A stretch of DNA of 64,000 nucleotides. Source: Deltaproteobacteria bacterium (lineage in GTDB: Bacteria > Desulfobacterota > Desulfomonilia > UBA1062). The position numbers and the translations under genes are program-made. Position 1 is the first letter of the stretch, and every line of letters begins with the position of its first letter. Positions 51,800 through 60,415 of this stretch are shown in pieces. Location: contig DSBG01000092.1 of the NCBI GenBank assembly GCA_011046135.1, positions 11,034 through 75,033 on the forward strand, written 5' to 3'. The notes below the pieces were generated by a model. It was not told the DNA's origin. It worked only from the letters and a program-made list of their open reading frames with translations, and searched no databases.

Positions 51800-52744
51800 A
51801 TGAAGTTGTCCATGGACGTGACTATCATCGGTGCTGCACGGAGAAACAACGGTATCGGGGAATTCATCGCCAGATACTTTCATGCCCGGGGAGCTTCCAT
51901 AACTGCAGTGCTCGGGACCTCTGAGCAGACCACCTCGGCGGCTGCAGATCACCTGCGACGGTATGGAATCAAGGCTTCGGCATATACAGACTTCTCCCGC
52001 ATGATTTCTGAGCAGAAGCCCGATGCCGTGGTGATCGCCTCTCCCGGACCGACCCACGTGTCGTACCTGCAGCAGTGTGTTGATGCCGGAGTTCATATCT
52101 TTTGCGAAAAGCCCATAATCTCCCCTGGTGCCGAGGTACATGAGCGCTTTCTCACCGATCTCTTTGATCAGGCCTCCTCCCGTGGGATCAGGATCGCCAT
52201 GAATTCCCAGTGGCCATTTTCCCTGCCGTTTTATGATGCACTCTGTGGAAGATTTTCTCCAGGTGAGATCGAGAGCTTTTTTATCCACCTTTCTCCCCTG
52301 ATGCGAGGACGGGCGATGATTCCCGAGTCTCTGCCCCATGCTCTAAGCCTGATGCACGCACGTGTGGGCCCGGGTAAGATAGAAGATCTCAGCCTGATGG
52401 AAACAGACGCAGGGCTTCTGATCAAATTTTTCTACGCCTCTCTTTGGGGCCGGTGTTCAGTCGTGGTGGAACTGGAACAGGAGGAGTATCAACCGAGGAG
52501 CTTCTCATACGGATTCAACGGGAGGATTGTCCACCGGAACATTGAACCTTCTACATACACTATTTCCTTGACGTACCGCGACAAAACCCTGAAAATACCG
52601 GATCCTCTCGAGCTATCAGTGGGTGATTTCATAACTGCGTTGAATACAGGTTCACAGCCCATGATTGATACGGAGCATATTCTTGAAACGTCTTCCCTGC
52701 TGCAGGATATCTACAGGGAATATACGATGGAGACCAAGGGGTAA
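51800..52744 (+). CDS. Gfo/Idh/MocA-family NAD(P)-dependent sugar oxidoreductase
   Basis: A Rossmann N-terminus (VTIIGAARRNNGIGEF) and the EKP motif (FCEKPIISP). Its stop is 2 nt before the radical-SAM start. Confidence 0.7.
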   Translation: MKLSMDVTIIGAARRNNGIGEFIARYFHARGASITAVLGTSEQTTSAAADHLRRYGIKASAYTDFSRMISEQKPDAVVIASPGPTHVSYLQQCVDAGVHIFCEKPIISPGAEVHERFLTDLFDQASSRGIRIAMNSQWPFSLPFYDALCGRFSPGEIESFFIHLSPLMRGRAMIPESLPHALSLMHARVGPGKIEDLSLMETDAGLLIKFFYASLWGRCSVVVELEQEEYQPRSFSYGFNGRIVHRNIEPSTYTISLTYRDKTLKIPDPLELSVGDFITALNTGSQPMIDTEHILETSSLLQDIYREYTMETKG

Positions 52745-52746
52745 GT

Positions 52747-53964
52747 ATGGAACAACTCAAAGAGAGAGAGCACGATTTCAGCGCAAAACTCAGGCAGGCT
52801 TCAGTCATCGAATCTCTCAAGGAGTACATCTCCTGGCAGAGAAAGGTGCGGTCATCATCGGGACAGCCGGTGTTTCCACGACGTGGACCGATCTCGGTCA
52901 ACCTGGATCTTACAACGGCATGTAACTTCTCCTGCCCCCACTGTGTGGATTCACGGATGCTCAACACCGGTGATTATCTTGATCTCGACACGATCAAGCG
53001 GAGCATCGAGACACTGCAGAACAACGGGCTGCTCTCGGTGATTCTCATCGGCGGTGGAGAACCGACCATTCATAAGAACTTCGAAGAGCTTGTGAGGTTC
53101 CTTTCCCGGCAGGGCCTCCAGATCGGCATTGCCACCAACGGCTCCCGTCTCGAGAGGGTCGCATCCGTTGCGGATGCGTTCAAGGAAGGTGATTGGCTGA
53201 GGCTGTCCCTCGATGCGGCTCGCGAGAGTACTTTTTTCAAGTCCCACCGACCACGAGGCCGAATCAGCCTCGAGAAGATTCTCGGTGATGCTTCTGAGAT
53301 CAAGAATGCCAACAGTGCCCTCTCCCTGGGATACTCCTTCGTGATCGTGTGGAAAGGCATTCTCATCAATGGTTATGAACTCTGCGAAAATGTTCAGGAG
53401 ATTCCCGAAGCGGTGAGGTTGGCACGCGAGAACCACTTCGACTATATTTCCTTCAAACCGTGTCTCCTGCGCCTTGATGGATCTCTGAAGGAGTCGATCT
53501 TCAGTCAGCCCGATGAAGAGCATGAAACACAGGTCATTGATGAAATTACACGGAATCTGGAAAAAGCCAGGCATGAGGCATCTGACGGTGTGAAGATTCT
53601 CGAGAGCATCAATCTTGATGCGATGCTGAACAGGAAGGTCCATGAACTCAAGGTTCAACCTCAGGTGTGCCACAGTCAGTTTTTCCGGACAGTGATCGCT
53701 CCGTCCGGTATTTTCCACTGTCCCGCGCTGCGAGGAGTTGATCTGGGAAGAATCGGGAGCGAAGATGGGTATAAATCTGCGGGGAACTTTGAGCAGACGC
53801 AGGCCAACCTCGAACGCTCCCTGAGGAACTTTGATGCAGCGAAGGAATGTGATGTGGTGGTATGTTTCTACCATCACGTGAACTGGTGGATCGAGAAGTT
53901 CATCACCTCTCGAAAGAGCGTCCGGTCCCTGACCAAGGTCGAGGACGATAATTTCTTTCTGTAG
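52747..53964 (+). CDS. radical SAM protein, possibly with a C-terminal auxiliary Cys motif, function unknown
   Basis: The motif CNFSCPHC (CxxxCxxC) follows a roughly 50-aa N-terminal extension. A glycine-rich SAM motif ILIGGGEPT is present. Additional Cys residues lie near the C-terminus (…CHSQFF…HCPAL…CDVVVC…). Confidence 0.75.
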   Translation: MEQLKEREHDFSAKLRQASVIESLKEYISWQRKVRSSSGQPVFPRRGPISVNLDLTTACNFSCPHCVDSRMLNTGDYLDLDTIKRSIETLQNNGLLSVILIGGGEPTIHKNFEELVRFLSRQGLQIGIATNGSRLERVASVADAFKEGDWLRLSLDAARESTFFKSHRPRGRISLEKILGDASEIKNANSALSLGYSFVIVWKGILINGYELCENVQEIPEAVRLARENHFDYISFKPCLLRLDGSLKESIFSQPDEEHETQVIDEITRNLEKARHEASDGVKILESINLDAMLNRKVHELKVQPQVCHSQFFRTVIAPSGIFHCPALRGVDLGRIGSEDGYKSAGNFEQTQANLERSLRNFDAAKECDVVVCFYHHVNWWIEKFITSRKSVRSLTKVEDDNFFL

Positions 53965-53965
53965 C

Positions 53966-55006
53966 ATGTCCATGGAATGCACGAAGATAGGGGTAATTCA
54001 TCTCAATCAGATCGGCGATCTCCTTTTCTCTCTGCCGCTACTTGCTTCGCTCCGTGAACGATTCCCCCGCGCCCGGATTGATTCCATTCTGAGGCCCGCG
54101 CTCAAGGATCTCCTGGAAGACTCCCCTTTCGTCGATCGTTTCATTGTGCGCGATCAGGGAAGCGTGCCATGGTTCAGGCTTGCCAGGGCTCTCAGGAGAG
54201 AGCGTTACGATCTTGTGCTCTGCCTTTCAAGATCAGAAGGAGCCCTCACACTGGCCGCAGCAATCAACGCGAGGGTTTCTGCCGGCTTTGCCACGTTTCC
54301 CTGGGACATGTGTCTGGATGTGAAGGAAACCCTCGAGGGTCACAACAGCTGGTACAATAATGCGAAGCTTCTCAGGCTGCTGGAGATCATTCCAAGCCGG
54401 GATAGCTATGTGGGGCTCTTGCGGGTGAGTGACTCGGCATATCGGGGTGATCTGCCGGAGAGATTTGTCGTGATCTCGCCCGGTGCGTCCAAGAGACGGC
54501 TCATAAAAGCGTGGGACGAGAAGAAATTTGCAGAACTCATGGTAGCGTTACGCGAGCACGCTTCTCTCACTCCGGTTATCGTGGGAGGTAACGACTCAAG
54601 GGCTTGCGCTGCTCTCATCAGTTCACACTACCGGGAAATCAGAGGATTCTCACGCGCATCAGAAGAACTGCTCGACCTCACCGGAGCAATGTCACTGAGG
54701 GAACTCTGCTCTCTCCTCACACGTGCAAGGTTGTTTGTGGGGATAGATTCAGGGGTGATGCACCTTTCTTCGGCCCTTGACATACCGGTTGTGGGGCTCT
54801 TCGGCCCCACAGACCCGTTCTATGTCGGGCCTCAAAATACAAAGAGCATCGTGGTAAAACAGGAGGTCTCCTGCTCTCCCTGCTACATCAGAACACCCTG
54901 CAGCCACAGGGAGTGCATGGAGAATCTTCCGGTTTCCAGTGTCTTGGATGCCTGCAGGACTCTTTTGGAAAACAGGGAGGAAGAGCACGTCACAAGGCAT
55001 GCATGA
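53966..55006 (+). CDS. ADP-heptose:LPS heptosyltransferase (GT9 family)
   Basis: The GT9 N-terminus IGVIHLNQIGDLLFSLPLLASLR and a C-terminal GxDSGxMHLA motif. Confidence 0.8.
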   Translation: MSMECTKIGVIHLNQIGDLLFSLPLLASLRERFPRARIDSILRPALKDLLEDSPFVDRFIVRDQGSVPWFRLARALRRERYDLVLCLSRSEGALTLAAAINARVSAGFATFPWDMCLDVKETLEGHNSWYNNAKLLRLLEIIPSRDSYVGLLRVSDSAYRGDLPERFVVISPGASKRRLIKAWDEKKFAELMVALREHASLTPVIVGGNDSRACAALISSHYREIRGFSRASEELLDLTGAMSLRELCSLLTRARLFVGIDSGVMHLSSALDIPVVGLFGPTDPFYVGPQNTKSIVVKQEVSCSPCYIRTPCSHRECMENLPVSSVLDACRTLLENREEEHVTRHA

Positions 55007-55030
55007 GTGAATCGGTGATGACACAAGAAC

Positions 55031-56536
55031 GTGTCACAGCGTGGGAATCCGTTGTGCTCAAACTCCGGGCAACATCCCGCGCGAGGGAGAGAGGCCATTA
55101 CCATCTACGAAGTCATTCGAAGGAACTATCCGGATCACCGCATGAAGCTCTTTCAGGAGCGGTCATCGCGGAAGATCGTTGTTCTCGAGAAGCAGGGCAG
55201 CACAGAGTATTTCTGTAAGGTTTACGACGCAAGCGACTTCCTGTCCAGGATGAGGAACAGATTCTTCCCGAAGACCCTCAAAGAGGCGGACATGCTCGGT
55301 CGCTTAAAAGAAAAAGGTCTCCCGGTACCCGAGATTCAGGGTCACATGCTGCATGCTGGAGCAAGTGCACTTATTACCAGGGCCATTGAACCAGCTCAAT
55401 CCCTCTGGGAGGTGGATCCTTCCATCCGGGGGACAATCATGCTGGAGATGGCTGTCCTCCTGCTCAAGCACGGGTTTTCTCACCGCGACATGCATCCGGG
55501 CAACATCATTCTCGACAGTTCCGGCAGAGCGTTCCTCATCGATGCCTATGAAATTTCCGCCCATGGCCGCATCGGGAAAAGGGAGATTATTCGTCTATTT
55601 GCCCAGATTTTCAATGCATCCAATATCTCACCTGCTGATCTTGAGAAACATCTCGTTGGGTTTCAGCACATCGACGATTCTGCCACGTTGGCTGCCAAGA
55701 TCGTGCGGTCGGCCCTGAGAACAAAGAGGAGATACGTGAGGAAGCGGGTGAAACGGTCCATGAGAGAAGGAAGTTTCTCCACGGTTCTGAAAACAGGGAA
55801 TTTCTCGGCATGGATCCGCAGAGGGGAGGCCATCGATGTGGAAAGCATCATTGCCCGGCACGAAGCAAATCTGGCAAACGGTATCGATATTCTGAAGGTC
55901 CAGGACAAGACGCAACTGAGCAGGGTGGACCAGTACTGCGTGAAATCGTACCGGAAATCCTGGCCCTTTGGAGAGCCATATGCCAGAAGATCCTGGAAGG
56001 GGCTCCTCACACTTGTCTTCAATGGGATTAAGACCGCCGGTCCGGTTGCGTTGGTTGTTTTCAAAGATGGGAGGAGTTCACTCATTACCTCTGTCCTGGA
56101 TCACCAAGATCTCGATCAATTTATCGGTGAATCATACAGAACACTGGACATGCACGAACGGATCGGAATTGCCCGCGCGTTCGGTTCCGTGATTGGGACC
56201 CTTCACTCCCGCAGGATCTACCATGCTGATCTCAAGGCGTGTAACATCAAGATTGACCCGGAAACACGTGAGTTCTTTTTTCTGGACACGGATCGAGTAG
56301 GACAACAGAGGCACCTTTCCAAGGACAGGGTGTACGAAAATCTGGTTCAGATCAATACGAGCATCCCGAGGTTCGTAAGTCGTGGCGAGAGAATGTCATT
56401 CATCAATGCCTATGCGGCAAGAACCGGACAGAACCCCAAGGAGGTCTTCATCCGGGTATGGGAACTCTCCCGCACAAGGGGCATCCTATACTGTTCTTCA
56501 GAGGGAGATCGGTTCGAAGGGTGGATCGAGAAATAA
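55031..56536 (+). CDS. tandem double Kdo/WaaP-family LPS (heptose/Kdo) kinase
   Basis: Two kinase cores with the catalytic loops HRDMHPGNIIL…IDAYE and YHADLKACNIKI…LDTDR. The start is a GTG and is uncertain. Confidence 0.65.
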   Translation: MSQRGNPLCSNSGQHPARGREAITIYEVIRRNYPDHRMKLFQERSSRKIVVLEKQGSTEYFCKVYDASDFLSRMRNRFFPKTLKEADMLGRLKEKGLPVPEIQGHMLHAGASALITRAIEPAQSLWEVDPSIRGTIMLEMAVLLLKHGFSHRDMHPGNIILDSSGRAFLIDAYEISAHGRIGKREIIRLFAQIFNASNISPADLEKHLVGFQHIDDSATLAAKIVRSALRTKRRYVRKRVKRSMREGSFSTVLKTGNFSAWIRRGEAIDVESIIARHEANLANGIDILKVQDKTQLSRVDQYCVKSYRKSWPFGEPYARRSWKGLLTLVFNGIKTAGPVALVVFKDGRSSLITSVLDHQDLDQFIGESYRTLDMHERIGIARAFGSVIGTLHSRRIYHADLKACNIKIDPETREFFFLDTDRVGQQRHLSKDRVYENLVQINTSIPRFVSRGERMSFINAYAARTGQNPKEVFIRVWELSRTRGILYCSSEGDRFEGWIEK

Positions 56537-56554
56537 GCCAGGCAGGACACACGC

Positions 56555-57538
56555 CTACTTCGCAAGAACTGCATTGAGTTTTTCCAGCACATCGGATGCA
56601 GTGATGGATTTCATGCAGACAGGATCGTCGCACACGCGCCTGTTGCATGGTGAACAGTGAAGATCCTTTCGAATCACTTCCCCGACAAAAGGTCCAGTCC
56701 GCCTTGGATCGGCAGGACCAAAGAGTGCGATGACTTTTTTCCCCAGGGCTACCGCCAGATGCATGGGCCCGGTGTCACAGCTGATTACTGCGTGTGATCC
56801 TGCAAGAACCTCTTTGAGTTCGAGGAGGGATGTTTTTCCGGTAAGGTTGATAACCTCCTGTCCTGCCATGGTCTCGATCTCATGAGAAAACTGCACGTCT
56901 TCTCGGCCGCCGGTCAGGACACAGGGGATGCCGTATCGTTGTACGCATTCGCGCACAAGGCTGGAGAACCCTTCGGCGGTCCAGCGGTTTGCCGGTTTTG
57001 TGGCTCCGATGTTGAGAACCAGGTACTCTCGGGGCAGAGCATGCGATGGTATTCCCGTAACGGGAATCTCCCAGCGGATATCATTATCAGGAACACCGAG
57101 GTGTTTCGCGAACTCAAGATACTGATACACCATGTGAGCGGAAGGATCGCTTTTCGGGATGCGTTCAAAGGGCATGATCCAGGTCATTTCTTTACACCGC
57201 TGCCTGTCGAAACCGATTCGTCTGGTGCTCCGGGAGATCATGCACATGAGGGAAGATTTCGCGGTGCGTTGGAGGTCAAGGGAAATGTCCCAGTACCCTT
57301 TTGAGAGCTGGATAATGATCTTTGGAACAGATAGAGGAAGCCGATTCTTATCAAAGAGGATAACAGAATCAACAGAGGGGTGACCTGATACGAGGGGTAA
57401 GCTCAGAGGCTCGACGAGCCAGTGTATCCGGGCCCCCAGATGGATCTTCAGGGTAACTGCCAGTGGCAGGCTGTTCACCACATCTCCCATGGCACCGAGT
57501 TTCACAAAGAGGATATCCATTTGTTTCTGATAAAACAT
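56555..57538 (-). CDS. ADP-heptose:LPS heptosyltransferase (GT9 family), second copy
   Basis: ILFVKLGAMGDVVNSLPLAVTLK at the N-terminus and GPMHLAVALGKKVIALFGPADP near the C-terminus. Confidence 0.8.
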   Translation of the reverse strand: MFYQKQMDILFVKLGAMGDVVNSLPLAVTLKIHLGARIHWLVEPLSLPLVSGHPSVDSVILFDKNRLPLSVPKIIIQLSKGYWDISLDLQRTAKSSLMCMISRSTRRIGFDRQRCKEMTWIMPFERIPKSDPSAHMVYQYLEFAKHLGVPDNDIRWEIPVTGIPSHALPREYLVLNIGATKPANRWTAEGFSSLVRECVQRYGIPCVLTGGREDVQFSHEIETMAGQEVINLTGKTSLLELKEVLAGSHAVISCDTGPMHLAVALGKKVIALFGPADPRRTGPFVGEVIRKDLHCSPCNRRVCDDPVCMKSITASDVLEKLNAVLAK

Positions 57539-57667
57539 AATCCTCGCTCAGGCAAGGACTCGAAGAGCAGCATGAGTGATTTCTGAGCCGAAGAACAGCT
57601 TTTCAGTACTGGAGGGGTGGCTGCGTACGTGGTGCAATCTCAGGGAATGGTGCGTGAAAACTCCCCC

Positions 57668-57697
57668 TTGACGTGTATTGACTCACGGGCGTAGACT
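57668..57697 (+). promoter_or_regulatory. sigma-70-like promoter upstream of the coiled-coil protein gene
   Basis: TTGACG, an 18-nt spacer, then TAGACT, about 30 nt upstream of the ATG at 57730. Confidence 0.3.
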
Positions 57698-57729
57698 CTT
57701 CTTACTGACAGGTCCCAGGGAAGTGAATA

Positions 57730-58218
57730 ATGGCAGAGGGAAAAAAGAAATCCATGGTTCCACTGATATTTCCAGTTCTCGTTTTCCTGGTAGGCCTGGT
57801 GCTTGGGTACTACTTTTGGGGAACAAAGAGCACGGAACAGATCGACTTCAAGGCATCCCTCCAGCAGACCATAACCTACATTGCAACGCTGGAGCACAGA
57901 AATGCGAGACTTCAGGATCAGGTGAATTCCCTGGAGAACGAGCTTGCTCTCTTGGAGCAGAAGCACCTGGAGGTCTCGTCCAGCGAGTCTGACCAGGTGA
58001 AACACCTCACCGACAGGGTGAATACCCTTCAGAGGCAGAATGAGGAACTGCGTGCGACCATTGCTGATAACCTGCAGCTCTACGAGGAGAATCAGAAACT
58101 CAAGGAACGCATCGATACACTTGAGCACATGCTGAATACATTGAGGGCAGGTCAGCAGGATCTTACCCTCCCCCCGGAGACAGAGCAGCCCCCTGGGGAA
58201 AAGGAAAAGCCGTTCTAA
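57730..58218 (+). CDS. membrane-anchored coiled-coil protein, hypothetical
   Basis: One N-terminal transmembrane segment followed by heptad-repeat coiled coil and a Pro/Glu-rich tail. Confidence 0.5.
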   Translation: MAEGKKKSMVPLIFPVLVFLVGLVLGYYFWGTKSTEQIDFKASLQQTITYIATLEHRNARLQDQVNSLENELALLEQKHLEVSSSESDQVKHLTDRVNTLQRQNEELRATIADNLQLYEENQKLKERIDTLEHMLNTLRAGQQDLTLPPETEQPPGEKEKPF

Positions 58219-58220
58219 GG

Positions 58221-59648
58221 TCACTCCTCTCTGATCTTGTCGATGAACACTCTTGCGATATCAGGATCGAACTGGGTTCCCATACACCCGCGGATCTCTT
58301 CACAGGCCTTCTCTGCAGGGAGCCCTTTACGGTACGGTCTGTCAGAGGTCATTGCATCGTACGAATCGGCCAGAGCGATGATTCTTGAGAGATAGGGAAT
58401 CTCTCTCTCCTTGAGGCCGGAGGGATATCCCTTCCCGTCATAGCGTTCGTGGTGATGTCTGATGATCTCGGTCTCCCGCGCCATTGGGGGCAGTGGTGTG
58501 AGGATATCGGCCCCGATATCGGGATGTCGTTTGATGACTTCAAATTCTGCATCCGTGAGGTTGTCGGTTTTCAGCAGAATGCTGTCAGGAATCCCAACCT
58601 TCCCGATGTCGTGCAGTGAGGCTGAGATAGAGAGGACATCGCGCTCCTCCTGGGGCAGGTTGAGTGATGATGCGACTGCCAGAGAAAGCGTCGTCACGCG
58701 CGTCGAGTGCTGGGAAGTGTGTGGGTCTCTGGCGTCAAGTATCTTGGCCATGGAGTTCAGGGTTGAGAGCATATTCTCGTAGAGACCCTCGTAGAGAGCG
58801 ACATTTTCCATACGTTCCGCTGTTCTATTGAGGAGATAGCTGATCTTTCCCTCTTTTTCCTCGCCGAGCATGCTGTTCGAGTGGATATCAAGGGTCCCGA
58901 AAACCTGGCCTTCGATCATGAGGGGGAAAATCGTGTTGAAGATTCTCGGAATATATTTTTCTGAGTGGTTTCTCCGCACGATTTTGCCCTTGAGCAGTTC
59001 GCTGTCGATGACATGCTCATGTCCATTCTCAGGGTCGATAAGTCTCCAGGTTTTTCTGTTCAGAGGAAGGAATCGTACCTCCGAATCCTCGAGCAGCTGC
59101 TTAGAAACATCGACGATTGCACTGACTAAATCCCGGATACCCTTGAGAGAGATGATTTTTTCTGAAATTGCCTGGAGCGAGGAAATTTCCTGATTCTTGT
59201 CTTCCAGCTGTCCCACGAGATTATCGATGAGCCGATGGAGCTGAAGGGTGTCTGAAAACTTCTTGTTCTCCTCCAGGATCAACTTTTCCCGTTTCACCTT
59301 GCTGAGCATGAGCTGTATCTGGCTCACCTTGAAAGGCTTCGAGATGAAATCGGATGCACCATACTTCATGGCGTCAATGGCGATTTCCAGTGAGGCGTAA
59401 CCCGTGATCACGATGATGGGAAGAGAGACGTTCCATGCCTTGATTCTCTTGATGAGTTCGATTCCTGTCATCTTGGGCATCATGATGTCCGTGAACACGC
59501 ACAGGTAGGACTCATCCTGGAGAAGAGTCAGTGCATCAACACCATCGGTGGCAGTTCGAGCCGTATAACCCAGTTCTTCGACCAGATCAGAGATGGTTTC
59601 CCGGATGCCGGGATCGTCATCTACGATGAGAACCTTGTCAACTATCAT
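58221..59648 (-). CDS. response regulator with REC, GAF-like and HD-GYP (c-di-GMP phosphodiesterase) domains
   Basis: An N-terminal receiver (…VFTDIMMP…) and a C-terminal HD domain with HDIGK and the HHERYDGKGYP signature. Confidence 0.8.
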   Translation of the reverse strand: MIVDKVLIVDDDPGIRETISDLVEELGYTARTATDGVDALTLLQDESYLCVFTDIMMPKMTGIELIKRIKAWNVSLPIIVITGYASLEIAIDAMKYGASDFISKPFKVSQIQLMLSKVKREKLILEENKKFSDTLQLHRLIDNLVGQLEDKNQEISSLQAISEKIISLKGIRDLVSAIVDVSKQLLEDSEVRFLPLNRKTWRLIDPENGHEHVIDSELLKGKIVRRNHSEKYIPRIFNTIFPLMIEGQVFGTLDIHSNSMLGEEKEGKISYLLNRTAERMENVALYEGLYENMLSTLNSMAKILDARDPHTSQHSTRVTTLSLAVASSLNLPQEERDVLSISASLHDIGKVGIPDSILLKTDNLTDAEFEVIKRHPDIGADILTPLPPMARETEIIRHHHERYDGKGYPSGLKEREIPYLSRIIALADSYDAMTSDRPYRKGLPAEKACEEIRGCMGTQFDPDIARVFIDKIREE

Positions 59649-60277
59649 ACGATCCTTCTCAGAAGCTTGCCTTTGTACTCTCCGAACTCCTTCTCGGAAA
59701 TGAGGCCATCAATCTTCAGTCTTCCCAGGTGTTCGATTGCGGATAAGGCCTTGCCCAGGTCTGCTGAAGCCTGTAAAGAAAAAGGCCGCATGGGTTCGGG
59801 GATAGACTCCAGGGTTTCCTTTACCTCGTGGACTTCATGCTTCAACTTCGCCTGAAGGCACTTGATCTCTTCCTTGAGTTGATCGATCTCCCTCATGAGG
59901 TTTTTCTTCTGGTGTAAGCGTTGAATGACAAACCGGATCTCTTCGATGTTGAAGGGTTTCTTGATATAGAAGAAGGCGCCCTTGTTCACAGCATCTATGG
60001 CAGAATCAAGGGATGCATACCCGGTTATGAGAACAAAGGGAATATTCAGATTCCGCGACGTTATCTCCTGCAGGAGTTCGAGGCCACTGATACCGGGGAG
60101 CATCAGGTCAGATATGATGAGGTCGAAACCCTGCTTTTCAACGACTGAGAGAAAGTCTTCGGCACAATGAAACCGTTTTGTTCGGATTCCTTCTTCTTTG
60201 AGGATCTGTTCGATGAGGTCGAGGATTTCATCTTCGTCGTCTACAATAGCTGCACGAACTTGTTCCATGCTTAGCAT
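59645..60277 (-). CDS. response regulator receiver fused to a coiled-coil and a C-terminal SHOCT-like domain
   Basis: A REC domain (…LIISDLMLPG…), a heptad linker and the tail LGRLKIDGLISEKEFGEYKGKLL. Its stop overlaps the HD-GYP start by 4 nt. Confidence 0.6.
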   Translation of the reverse strand: MLSMEQVRAAIVDDEDEILDLIEQILKEEGIRTKRFHCAEDFLSVVEKQGFDLIISDLMLPGISGLELLQEITSRNLNIPFVLITGYASLDSAIDAVNKGAFFYIKKPFNIEEIRFVIQRLHQKKNLMREIDQLKEEIKCLQAKLKHEVHEVKETLESIPEPMRPFSLQASADLGKALSAIEHLGRLKIDGLISEKEFGEYKGKLLRRIV

Positions 60278-60415
60278 TATCGAAACCTCTGCAGGCGAAC
60301 TTGAGAGAATCTCGGGCACTCTGAGCCCGAATGGGATAGATTCAGAAACGATTCACAGCACGGCTTTCGTTGCATAAAAAAGGAAGATTCTGGTGCAGGG
60401 GACCAAGGCCTGGGG

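Noticed and set aside
60312-60330. A perfect 6-bp hairpin (TCGGGC-N7-GCCCGA) between mltG and the REC-SHOCT gene
   Set aside because: It lies within the 5' leader or N-terminal extension of the regulator ORF, is not followed by a U-tract, and its function cannot be assigned.
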